A stretch of 63,807 bases of DNA, filler included, from Pelomyxa schiedti (Eukaryota; Protista; Evosea), in the NCBI GenBank assembly GCA_020536535.1. It is 10 parts of 10 records of this genome, joined end to end, with 100 filler letters (N's around TTAATTAATTAA, not from the genome) between each part and the next. Parts side by side here need not be neighbours in the genome. Positions count along the whole stretch, not along the records: positions 1 to 2,102 come from JAHLWZ010002133.1; positions 2,203 to 3,402 come from JAHLWZ010002703.1; positions 3,503 to 4,806 come from JAHLWZ010002605.1; positions 4,907 to 6,187 come from JAHLWZ010002621.1; positions 6,288 to 27,152 come from JAHLWZ010001082.1; 5 more parts are not named here. One strand, written 5' to 3'. Positions 1 to 9,259 of the stretch are shown piece by piece. The notes under the pieces are model-generated. The model had not been told where the DNA came from. It saw only the letters and a list, made by a program, of their open reading frames with translations, and searched no databases. A program made the translations under genes and the position numbers. Position 1 is the first letter of the stretch. Each line of letters begins with the position of its first letter.

Positions 1-699
1 GTTGAATGCAATGCCTATGCACTCGAACCATAAGGACTCCTCCAAGATTTGATGGCAGTGGCGAAGCTTTACTTTACAACCAGCATCACAGTGTCTACAA
101 AATTTACTCTTCTTCTGATGAGGAAGGAGACTACTACGAGATTTACACTTTGGAGCCTCCAAATCACCCTTGCCCAGCAGCAAGCCCAAGTTAACAACCA
201 CCAGTGTTCTCTTCCTTATTCCGCCGTAATAATGCAGCCACCACTTGTGATTGGCGCGGTGGACGATAATATCAGTGTTGTGGGTTGCCTCGCTCAGCAG
301 CCACCTGCGCTTCCCAGTCACCACGTCCAGCAGAGAGAAGCTCTGGCTGCGCGCAGCCATCTTCGTGACGACCAGCCGGTCTGGGTCCACCACTGCAGGG
401 GGGCCCTGCGTAGCGCCCAGGCACCAGCTCCCGCGCGACGCCGCTTCCCTGGTCACGCTCATCAGCGTCGGCGACACCCCGAAGGTGTAGTAACTCGCGG
501 AACGGGTCCCCGGCGCGGAAACCACCAGCAGGCCAAAGACGGACTCGGAGCCGGGGCCGAGGCACCAGTCCCACAATGGCGCGGTTGCGAGCCGGGGCAG
601 AGACACGAAGTGGCGCGCGGGGCTCGACGCCCCGCACCGATTGTGGGACGCCATCACCAACGCGAGCAGTTGGTCTCGGGCACGCGGTGCATTGAGCAT
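1..699 (-). CDS. Expanded 'ARDQ..RCG..SP' family member, 3' end runs off the window
   Basis: Open frame absent from the ORF track (no stop before the edge): MLNAPRARDQLLALVMASHNRCGASSPARH...LWDWCLG...YTFGVSPTLMSV...ANHKWW. Paralogous to 790-1303 at DNA level. Confidence 0.75.
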   Translation of the reverse strand, partial: MLNAPRARDQLLALVMASHNRCGASSPARHFVSLPRLATAPLWDWCLGPGSESVFGLLVVSAPGTRSASYYTFGVSPTLMSVTREAASRGSWCLGATQGPPAVVDPDRLVVTKMAARSQSFSLLDVVTGKRRWLLSEATHNTDIIVHRANHKWWLHYYGGIRKRTLVVVNLGLLLGKGDLEAPKCKSRSSLLPHQKKSKFCRHCDAGCKVKLRHCHQILEESLWFECIGIAFN

Positions 700-789
700 G
701 ATGGTTGAATAAGTGACTTTTCGCGGAAGTTAATGATGCAGAAGGAGGGACAAACAAAGTTTTATTTGTGGAAATCATTCATCAGCGTT

Positions 790-1303
790 TCAAGAGGCAC
801 CAGCAGTGAACGAATCAATCTCTATGGGTAATGTGATGGTGCCCAGGAGGAACCCAGTGGAGTCTGTCACGAAAACGGATTGCTTGGTTCTTTTTCGGCG
901 GAAGATGAAGCCTGATTGTGAAATGACCAGAGGTGGTTCAGAAGAAGGAAGGTAGTGCAGAATCCGCAGTGGTTTTGAGGAGTGAAAATCCATCCTGCAG
1001 TCCCATACTTCGACAGCTGAAGAAATCTTTGATCTTTGATCGCAACGTCATTTCCCTGGTCACGCTCATCAGCGTCGACGACACCCCGAATGTGTAGTAA
1101 CTGGCAGAGCGATTCCCCGGCGTCGAAACCAGGAGACCAAGAACGACCTCGGAGTCTGGGCCGAGGCACCAGTCCCACAATGGCGAGGACGACGTGGCGA
1201 GGGCACGCACCAAGTGGCGCGCGGGGCTCGACGCCCCGCACCGATTGTGGGACGCCATCACCAACGCCAGGATCTGTTCGCGTGCGCGCTGTGCAGTCAG
1301 CAT
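790..1303 (-). pseudogene. Internally deleted tandem paralogue of the same family
   Basis: N-terminus MLTAQRAREQILALVMASHNRCGASSPAR...FGVSSTLMSVTRE is joined out of frame (~1040) to the family C-terminus VEVWDC..KPLR..QSGFIF..VTDSTG. The central part is missing. Confidence 0.65.
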
Positions 1304-1425
1304 CAGCCCCGCTCTTTTGGTTCGCTCTTCTGAGAAGATCACCAGGTGAAAAACGATTTCTTTGCCTTCAAAATGGAGTAATTGGTTGGTAATTCTACCT
1401 TAGGACGGGCTCTAGCCAACAACTT

Positions 1426-2102
1426 TCAAGGGAGTGCATTCACACGGAATTGGGACCATAGTGTGTCGAACTCGAAGGTGGCAACATACAAGCCAGTGGA
1501 GTCAGTCACATCAACGCTCTCATATCCATGCTTGTGGAACAGGAACCCTGATGCAGCAACCGCACGAGATTCCACACCATCGTGCCTTGCTGGCAGAACC
1601 CTCAGTGGTGCTGTGGTGTTGTTGCAATCCCAGATTTCAATCATCTGACATCTGTTCTTTGTGATGCAGAACAGAGAACCACTGAGCTGTGACAACTGGT
1701 TTGTGTCACGGCAGAGTATCCTCATGGAACCATCGTGAGCGTACTCTTTTACTTCATACACCGTGTTGGAATTCCTTCCAGTGCGCAGCTCCACAAAGAT
1801 ACCACGCTCACCGTTGGATTTTCTCAATGCAACCGCTGATTCGAAGAACTTGAAGGCTGATGGAAGCCCACACTTGGTCAAACTCAACACTGTGAGGTTC
1901 CTTCTCCTGTATGTCTCGTTGATGTCAACAACCATGAGAATCAGGCCGTGAGGGGCGAAGGAACCTTCAAGAATCACCAGCAATGCTTCATCTGGAACAT
2001 TCTTGTTGAATGAAATAGAGGTGCACTCGTTGCCATCAGCAAACACATCACTCAAAACAACAGCAGCATCGTCATCATCACCCTCACGATGTGCCGATGC
2101 AT
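1426..2102 (-). CDS. Same family, C-terminal half (5' end cut by contig end)
   Basis: Motifs FNKNVPDEAL, VDINETY..LTVLS, QLSGSLFC, EIWDCNN..PLR, SGFLF are shared with 36222-37484 and 48548-49810. Confidence 0.75.
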
Positions 2103-2202
2103 NNNNNNNNNNNNNNNNNNNNNNNNNNNNNNNNNNNNNNNNNNNNTTAATTAATTAANNNNNNNNNNNNNNNNNNNNNNNNNNNNNNNNNNNNNNNNNN
2201 NN
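2103..2202. other. Artificial contig linker N44-TTAATTAATTAA-N44
   Basis: The same 100-nt spacer with all-frame stops recurs at 3403, 4807, 6188, 27153, 28977, 35835, 42683 and 62531. Confidence 0.97.
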
Positions 2203-2262
2203 TATGGTTTATTTTGGGTTTTGCTTACAAGACTCTATTAAGAGTTGGAGGGTAATTTAATT

Positions 2263-3402
2263 TCACAAGCATGAGGTTTCTTCTTCAGCTCGTTTTGCAC
2301 ATTTGTGGTGAACTGGGTACTTGCACGCTTTTTTGTTGTGTTTGTGGGAAACGGAGTGCGGTGTTAATGAACAGAGGAAAAGCAGAAAGTGCGGGAGTAA
2401 TACCTCTGCAGGATTGTCCTTGTTTCACCAGACCCCAAATGAAGCCGCCGCAAAACTGTGAGATGTTAATGAGGGGTTTTTTGTAATTGTTGTGTGTGTA
2501 GTGCGGAAGTTTTACCTTGCAATCAGTGAATTCAGTGAAGTTTACTGTCACAAAATCGTGCTTCTTCCCTTTTCTGTTAAGAGTTAGAATGGAGGAAAAT
2601 TCAAGCGTCATATTAACATGGGTGCTGTGGCCAGCATTCTATCAATGGAATCCATTATTGCACCTCCGGATGAAGTTCCACAGAAAGAGATATTATTGGC
2701 CTTGGCCCATTGCTGCAAGATTAATGGATTTAGTAAGTAAACAGGAGATAAAAAAATTAGTTCTTAGCATTAACATTTAAAAATAAAGGTATTAACGGAC
2801 ACCTGAGCTGTGTCTTGGGTCACCAAGGGTGCTGTTTCACTTTCGGACCTTGGAACCAGCAGTCTCGGTGCTTGTGGGGCATATTTCTCGACTGTTGTGT
2901 TGAGGGACTTGACTTCCATGAAGGAATCCAGGTTGTGGGTGTTGTAAACATAAACCACGGCAGCACACTGCCGGAACACGTTGCTCATTACTGAAACGTA
3001 CCTTTACGTGTATTAGAAGAAACTTTTCAAAAGATAGACGAAAGCGATACTTGTCATGGCCCCAAAGTGTCCAAAGGTGCAGTATACACTGCATAGGATA
3101 TTATTTACAACGATTCAAAATAAACGCAACCAAATAACAATGCAAAGAAAAAAATACCGCTTGTGCAAAACCATATGACGGAGTATTAGATATAGTAAAA
3201 AGCAAAAGCAAAAGCAAAAGCAAAAGCAAAAGCAAAAGCAAAAGCAAAAGCAACAAAAGAAAAAACAACACACAACACACGCACCTTGTCATTTAGCATT
3301 GTTGCCACGAAGTCGACGCCGCACGACGGGGCCCTCGCCACCAGCGGCGTCCTGGGCGCCCCCGCGCTCGCGTTGAGCGCCCCGTGCGACGGCGACGGCG
3401 AC
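2263..3402 (-). CDS. Degenerate Rab/Ras-like domain fused to a C-terminal C1 (DAG/phorbol-type) zinc finger; multi-exon, 5' partial
   Basis: Spliced: ..SCGVDFVATMLNDK|CILHLWTLWGHDKYRF..VVYVYNTHNLDSF..QWAKANNISF..|KHDFVTVNFTEFTDCK|FCGGFIWGLVKQGQSCR|ACKYPVHHKCAKRAEETSCL*. Full C1 Cys/His pattern. Confidence 0.7.
3197..3252 (+). repeat. (AAAAGC)n microsatellite, about 9 units, intronic
   Basis: Read directly from the sequence. Confidence 0.9.
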
Positions 3403-3502
3403 NNNNNNNNNNNNNNNNNNNNNNNNNNNNNNNNNNNNNNNNNNNNTTAATTAATTAANNNNNNNNNNNNNNNNNNNNNNNNNNNNNNNNNNNNNNNNNN
3501 NN

Positions 3503-4636
3503 AGGAAGGGTGGGCTGACGTAGTCGTCACAGCAACCCCACAACAAGAGCCACCCACATCCATGGACATCACTCACACACTGGCAAACGCTGGTGGATTT
3601 GAAGAAGTTGAGTTCAGGGTTGCAGCACTCAATGGACCTTCAGCAGTCAGCCCATGGTCCAATGTTGCTCTGTTCAAATGTGTGTGTGTCCCTCCCCCCA
3701 CTGCACACCAAAAAAATAAAACATTACAGGTGAGCCACCAGGTTACCTCCACTTCACAACATTTCCCATGCTGGACTGGTCACCTTCACCATCACCACAA
3801 GAACCACAGTCACAACAGGGTAGAGAATTCTGCAAACCACAGTGGTACGTCGTGCAGAGGAAGCCACACAACGCACAACCTGAATCAGAATGGCAAGAAG
3901 TGTGCCGTGGAACACAGACATCGTGTGACGTCACTGCCGTTGGATCACCACCAATCAAGCACTATTTTTGTGGTGACAATACCTATGACTTCAGGGTTGG
4001 GTCACTGTGTGCTGGTGTGGTCATGTCAACCACTTGGAAGTTGCTGCAGAACATCACTGGTGCGTATTTTTCTTGTTCCATCAACTCCCACCAACCAACC
4101 AACACACACACACAGGCACATTCACGTGGGACCCCTCATCATGCTATAAAACTAACCTGAGTGACAACAACCACATTGCAACTGGTGTCAGTGGTAATAA
4201 TGCCACAACAGTGTGGACAACACAGTGCATCACAAATGGCTCGGTGGCAGTTGCACGAATCACACTCATCAAAAGGAAAAGGTACACCGGCTGCAGTACC
4301 CCATGCATCGGGGTGGTTGGCCCTGCAATCACGTCCACACCACCATCAGGCAACATCTACGACAAGGAGGGCTTCTGGGGCTTCAACCTGGGCAACAGGA
4401 CCTACACGTGGCACAACAGGAAGCAACAGCCCTCAGGTGACAACAGGAACGGGTACGACAGCACACCAGATGGGACTGTGATCACAGTGACAGTGGACAT
4501 GACACACCCTGATGGTGGTGGGATGATGAGTGTGAGGGTGGGTGACTGCGACAGGGGCGTGTGTTGCAGTGGTCTCCCGTCACCCCTCAGGTTCGCCTTC
4601 TCTGCCTGTTGTGATCACATCATCAAGATAGAGTAA
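3503..4636 (+). CDS. FN3-FN3-SPRY/B30.2-like protein, 3' part, spliced
   Basis: FN3 motifs 'EFRVAALNG..SPWS' and 'LDWS..WYVVQRK..WQEVCRGTQTSC..YDFRV', then SPRY-like 'FTWDP..CIGVV..WGFN..GTVITVTVDM..LPSPLRFAFS'. Confidence 0.65.
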
Positions 4637-5032
4637 CCTAGGATGTCTATCATTTTTACGTGAATTAAAGCTCCTGCCAACCTAGTCAGGTTTACAGAAC
4701 CCAGGAAATAACACCCAAAAAGCACAAAATTACAGTCAAATTGCAACTCTGTGGTTGATATTGTGTAAAAATCCTTGCTATTTTTGTTCAGTTGAGTGTC
4801 ATTTTTNNNNNNNNNNNNNNNNNNNNNNNNNNNNNNNNNNNNNNNNNNNNTTAATTAATTAANNNNNNNNNNNNNNNNNNNNNNNNNNNNNNNNNNNNNN
4901 NNNNNNCCAATCTAACCTTCTAAATTCGATCTCTTACGCCTATTACCCTGTTTGGACCCCCTTGGGACTTCTTTATATGGAGCCTCGTTGGAATTTGAAT
5001 CGAAAGAAAAACAATAAGTGAGGGGGGGTCCG

Positions 5033-5712
5033 AAAAATTGCACTGGGCAGAGGAAGGGTGGTGTTGGCCGCAGAAAAGTCGCAGGCAACTCGTGTGTTGG
5101 AGTCCAAACAAGGAAACCCCATCCGTAACAACTTTCGCGACATTTGACATTGATCGATCGTAACAGGTGCAACAAGCCGAAACCAAGTTGATGTCGGGTC
5201 CGTTGTGGCGGTTTCTAATGCCGTACCAAAGTGTGTCGTTTTGTGCTGCTGCGCATTCTATTGGGTGCACAGCACCCCTGGGTGTTCAGTGTAGGAACAA
5301 TCACACAAATTGTTTTTCTGTTGCCAACGGCCCCGATACTTACGGTGCAGTTACGTGTGTTGGTGTGGCAGTCTGTGACGCGGGTGTTGGGGTGCCTTCA
5401 TGGGGGCTTGTTGCCTACATTGGGCCAAAGCGAGGCTGTGCATCGTGCACCGCTCGTGTATGTTTTTCTGTGAGACCGCCAGTGACACAGTTACCAGGCC
5501 ACGGTGCAGTGCATCGTAACTGTTGACACTCTTCACCGGCGTCGGGACAGTCGCAACCCGATGCGTAATTAAAAATCGCGGGTTCTCTGATCAGTAAACA
5601 AATGTCGCGAAAGTTGTTACGGATGGGGTTTCCTTGTTTGGACTCCAACACACGAGTTGCCTGCGACTTTTCTGCGGCCAACACCACCCTTCCTCTGCCC
5701 AGTGCAATTTTT
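5033..5712. mobile_element. Putative MITE / non-autonomous DNA transposon with 114-bp perfect terminal inverted repeats
   Basis: 5033-5146 is the exact reverse complement of 5599-5712. The 452-bp spacer has no recognisable coding content, and both flanks are unique. Confidence 0.65.
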
Positions 5713-5907
5713 TTGTCAAAATTTTTTCACGACTTTTGCAAACCACTGTACAATCTCTTTCTTGATCTCGTTCTTGTTCTCTGTCTTTGCCGTCACACAA
5801 CAAACTACACCCACAGAAGCACACAGTGATGTTGATTTCTAAATTTGTTCAGTCCGCGCTGCACACTCAGCACCTGAGCCAGTTTTGAACACCAAGATTA
5901 CAGAAGA

Positions 5908-6187
5908 TCACAACAAGGAGGAATCAGTGTCAATCCAATCGAGGTTGTATGGTGCCTCGATTGTGAGAACAACAACCCCTGAAGTCACCTCAATCACAGT
6001 CACCTTGTCCCCACTGAGTGCAAACAGGAATCCATGGCCACAAGGAAGTTGTGGGAACTTCCTTATATTAAGGTTCATTGCCGTGCAATCCACGTTCCTC
6101 AGTGGTTTTGCAGGGTTGTTGCAATCCCACAATTCAAACCGCAAGCTGCTGAACCACAAGCCAAACAGTGACGAACTCACCTGTGAA
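5908..6187 (-). CDS. Expanded family member, C-terminal fragment
   Basis: SQVSSSLF..FELWDCNNPAKPLR..GHGFLF..VTVIEVTSG. Confidence 0.7.
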
Positions 6188-6315
6188 NNNNNNNNNNNNN
6201 NNNNNNNNNNNNNNNNNNNNNNNNNNNNNNNTTAATTAATTAANNNNNNNNNNNNNNNNNNNNNNNNNNNNNNNNNNNNNNNNNNNNAAAAAAAAAAAAA
6301 AAAAAAAAAAGCAAC

Positions 6316-6626
6316 CTGCTGCACTGCTTGTGCACGGTTGGATCCAACTTGGCCACGACGGTGCCGCAGCTCCAGCACTTGTGGGTTTGTGGTTGTGGGG
6401 GGGTGCCGTTGTCCGCTGTGGCGGTCGGAGTGCTCGTTGTTGTGGCTGTGGCTGTGGCTGTGGTTGCGGCGGTGGCCGTGGCTTCTACTGCAGCAGGCGA
6501 GGTGGTCGTTTGTGCCGCGGTCGTTGCTGCCGGGGTTGCAGGTGCGTTGTTGGTCGATGTGTTATCCGTTGCCGCCGCGGCCGTAGGCGTTGTCGCAGTT
6601 TTGGGCTTCGGTGTTGCGTCGGTCAT
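6316..6626 (-). CDS. First exon of a Thr/Ala-rich protein with probable MYND zinc finger (rest off contig)
   Basis: MTDATPKPKT..low complexity..HKCWSCG..HKQCSR followed by a GT donor and poly-T. Confidence 0.55.
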
Positions 6627-6965
6627 TTTATTTTTGTTGTCTTCCTTTTTGGCGACTGAGACGACGTCCACACAGAGGGCAACCGTCAACAACAATTTGA
6701 GAGTGATTCGCACCACAATTTACTCTTGTCCAAGTGGGATCGCGTCACATCATTCACCGCCGTGGCGTGAGGTTTTTCGATGCTGGTTCTGTGTAAGCGG
6801 GAACACACCCGCAACAGATCTGCTGGCCGGAAATAGCACTCCCTTGACACTTCTCTATTTCAAAGAGACTGGATTGGTGTTGCGTGGTTTGAAGTTACAA
6901 GATTCTTTTTTTAACACAACGCGGAATGAGGAAGGCAGTTGAGAAGAACAACTCGCAGACTGTTA

Positions 6966-9073
6966 TCAGGACCTTTTCGCAAATGCGCCGAAGAAACCCC
7001 GTTTCCTGGTGTTTGTGTTTGTTTCCTCACGGGGGACCGCCAATATCCAAGCCCTGTCATAAGCCTTGTAGTACTTGTCCAGAACCGAGTGCTCAATGCC
7101 GGGACTGTGTTTGGCAAGGGGGTGATTTACTGGGCATGTTGATCCACCACGGCATCTGTAAACATGGCCACACCCAGTGCAAAAGTTCCGTGACATCCAA
7201 ACAAAAGCTACATGTTTCCACTTTGGCGTTTTGGAATGTAAGGGAAGGTAAAGGTAAGGAAGGTACCTTGGTTTGGTCACAATCTCCAATCTCATTTAAA
7301 AAGTGGCTCAAAACTGTTCTGGCGTTCTTAGGCCACGTTGCACTGCTGTTCAACAATGCTTGCTAGTTTTGTGACTGAGTGGTCTGTTAAAAATATGAGA
7401 AAAGCGTACCTTCCAAGAGGAATTGGAACGCCCTACATGATACCTTTTTGAGAAAGAAGATTATGAAACTGGTACTGCGGGTGATGCGAGGGCAAACCAC
7501 AAACGGGAAGTCCGTTGAATCCTTCCAAGGGATTGAACATCAAGAAGCGCCAGCACTCCGGCAGTTTCTGCTTGGTACAGTGCTGCCATTGCTGTGGTAG
7601 CGTCATTTATCCTGGCGGTCTGGTTACCCAAATTGTTAGGAAAATACGGGAGTTTTACTCAACAGATGCAGAAACCATCTGTGGTGTTTCTGTTACTCTA
7701 CTTTGAGGCTCCACTACCATGACAGGCATGGATGCACGGAGCACGTCTGTTGAGCCGATGATTTCGGAATATTTTGACACCGAGATAGAGCCAGCAGCTT
7801 GATTTGAGAGCAACTCCAAGTATCCTGGTGGTTATAAAAAAAAAAAGGAAAAAGAGCAGAAAATTGCAGAAACCTTGTATGTGATCGTATTCCGAACCTT
7901 GATAGTGCTCCCAGAGGCCACAATCTTTAGTTGGCAGAACTCCACCCAGTTTCACCATTTCAGCCACCAACTCACTTTGGTCCAAGATTACAGCAAGAAT
8001 CATTGGAGTGAAAATGCCTTCATAACTACGAAGCTGACAGCTGCATGGAGCATTTGGATTTGCACCGAGGGATAAAAACTTCAGGACCAGATCTTGGTGG
8101 TTTCTCAATATTGCCATAAAAAGTGGTGTTCTTCTATTTTCAGTCTCCGAATTGAGGGATCTAGGGAAATTGGGATGATTGACGAGAATATCGAGAAGCT
8201 CCTTGTTTGTTTCACTCCAGTGCGGATATATTGTCGCATTCACAAAAGCACGGCCAAGGCCTTGGCGAAACACTTGGCAGAGATACTGCAAAACATCTGG
8301 ACGAGCTCCCTTTAAACCGCAGTATGTTACAATTGGAACTCTGTCGTCCACACCCGCGATGAATTCATTCCCACCCCACTTTTTATTCAGCAGCAGCTGT
8401 ATTAACTCCAAGTTGTTGCTGGACATAGCCATTTCCAGGGGAGACTCAGTATGAGGGGTACTTGATTGCATAGCAAGCCAACCCTGGTTGGAACATCAAT
8501 GTGAGATAGAATCATTTCAATGAGATCCAGCTGTAGCTTGCCAATGCACAAGTGCATAGCGCTGACATTTTTGCCATCTAACAAACACCACACCAGTGGA
8601 TCCGCGCCGAAATTGTCCAGCAAGAACCTTGCCACTTCCGCATGCCCCTCATACACTGCACATGCAAATGCAGTCCCTTCACCCCACTGGTTCCAAGTGC
8701 ATATGGAATCCACCATATGGGAAAAAAAAACTCTGGAGCGAGGCCTTTCGTGCCACGCATCGTGGACTATCTTTAGCTCCTCGAGGTGCCCGAGAACGGC
8801 ACAGACGAACATGACATTGACTCGCACCAATTTTTTGGCGCTGTGGTGGCCTGCTGACGTGTCCGGGACTTTGATCTCGCGCTCGAACACGTCCATTTCA
8901 CGGCCCAGGGGTGTCCGCGCAACCAACTTGGCCAATTTCTCGGGTTGGGCCTTGACCGCCGCTGTGAGGAGTTTGCTGCCCTTCACAACAGAAACGAGGC
9001 CAGCTTGTTTGGCGAGGTAATCTGTGGAGTGTTGTTGTTCATTGCCGGTGTCTGTTCCCACTGTCTGCCCCAT
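6966..9073 (-). CDS. Ankyrin-repeat protein with putative C-terminal F-box-like motif, multi-exon
   Basis: Ankyrin motifs TAFACAVYEGHAEVARFLL, SPLEMAM, TPLFMAILRNH..GANPN, TPMILAV. A 38-nt GT-AG intron near 8446-8483 joins the two ORF-track frames. Later LALLDVQSLGRIQRTSRLWFALAS. N-terminal MG. Confidence 0.75.
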
Positions 9074-9259
9074 GATAGTGTTCGTTCAGTGTTGAAAAAA
9101 AAACGGCTCTAGGATCAACGATTCGTCTTGTCGATTATGTACCAGAAGAACTCGGTGGACGAGTGAAACTTGGCAAACTCTGTCAACAACTGTGTGGGGA
9201 ATCCCGCTGTCTGAACCCGAAATCAAGAACCAGACCGCCGGTCTCAGCAATTTTTTTTA

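Noticed and set aside
2103-2202. Recurrent TTAATTAATTAA inside N runs as a biological repeat
   Set aside because: Identical 100-nt artificial linker. Gene adjacency across linkers is meaningless.
8402-8483. Apparent frameshift between the two ankyrin ORFs
   Set aside because: Explained by a 38-nt GT-AG intron.
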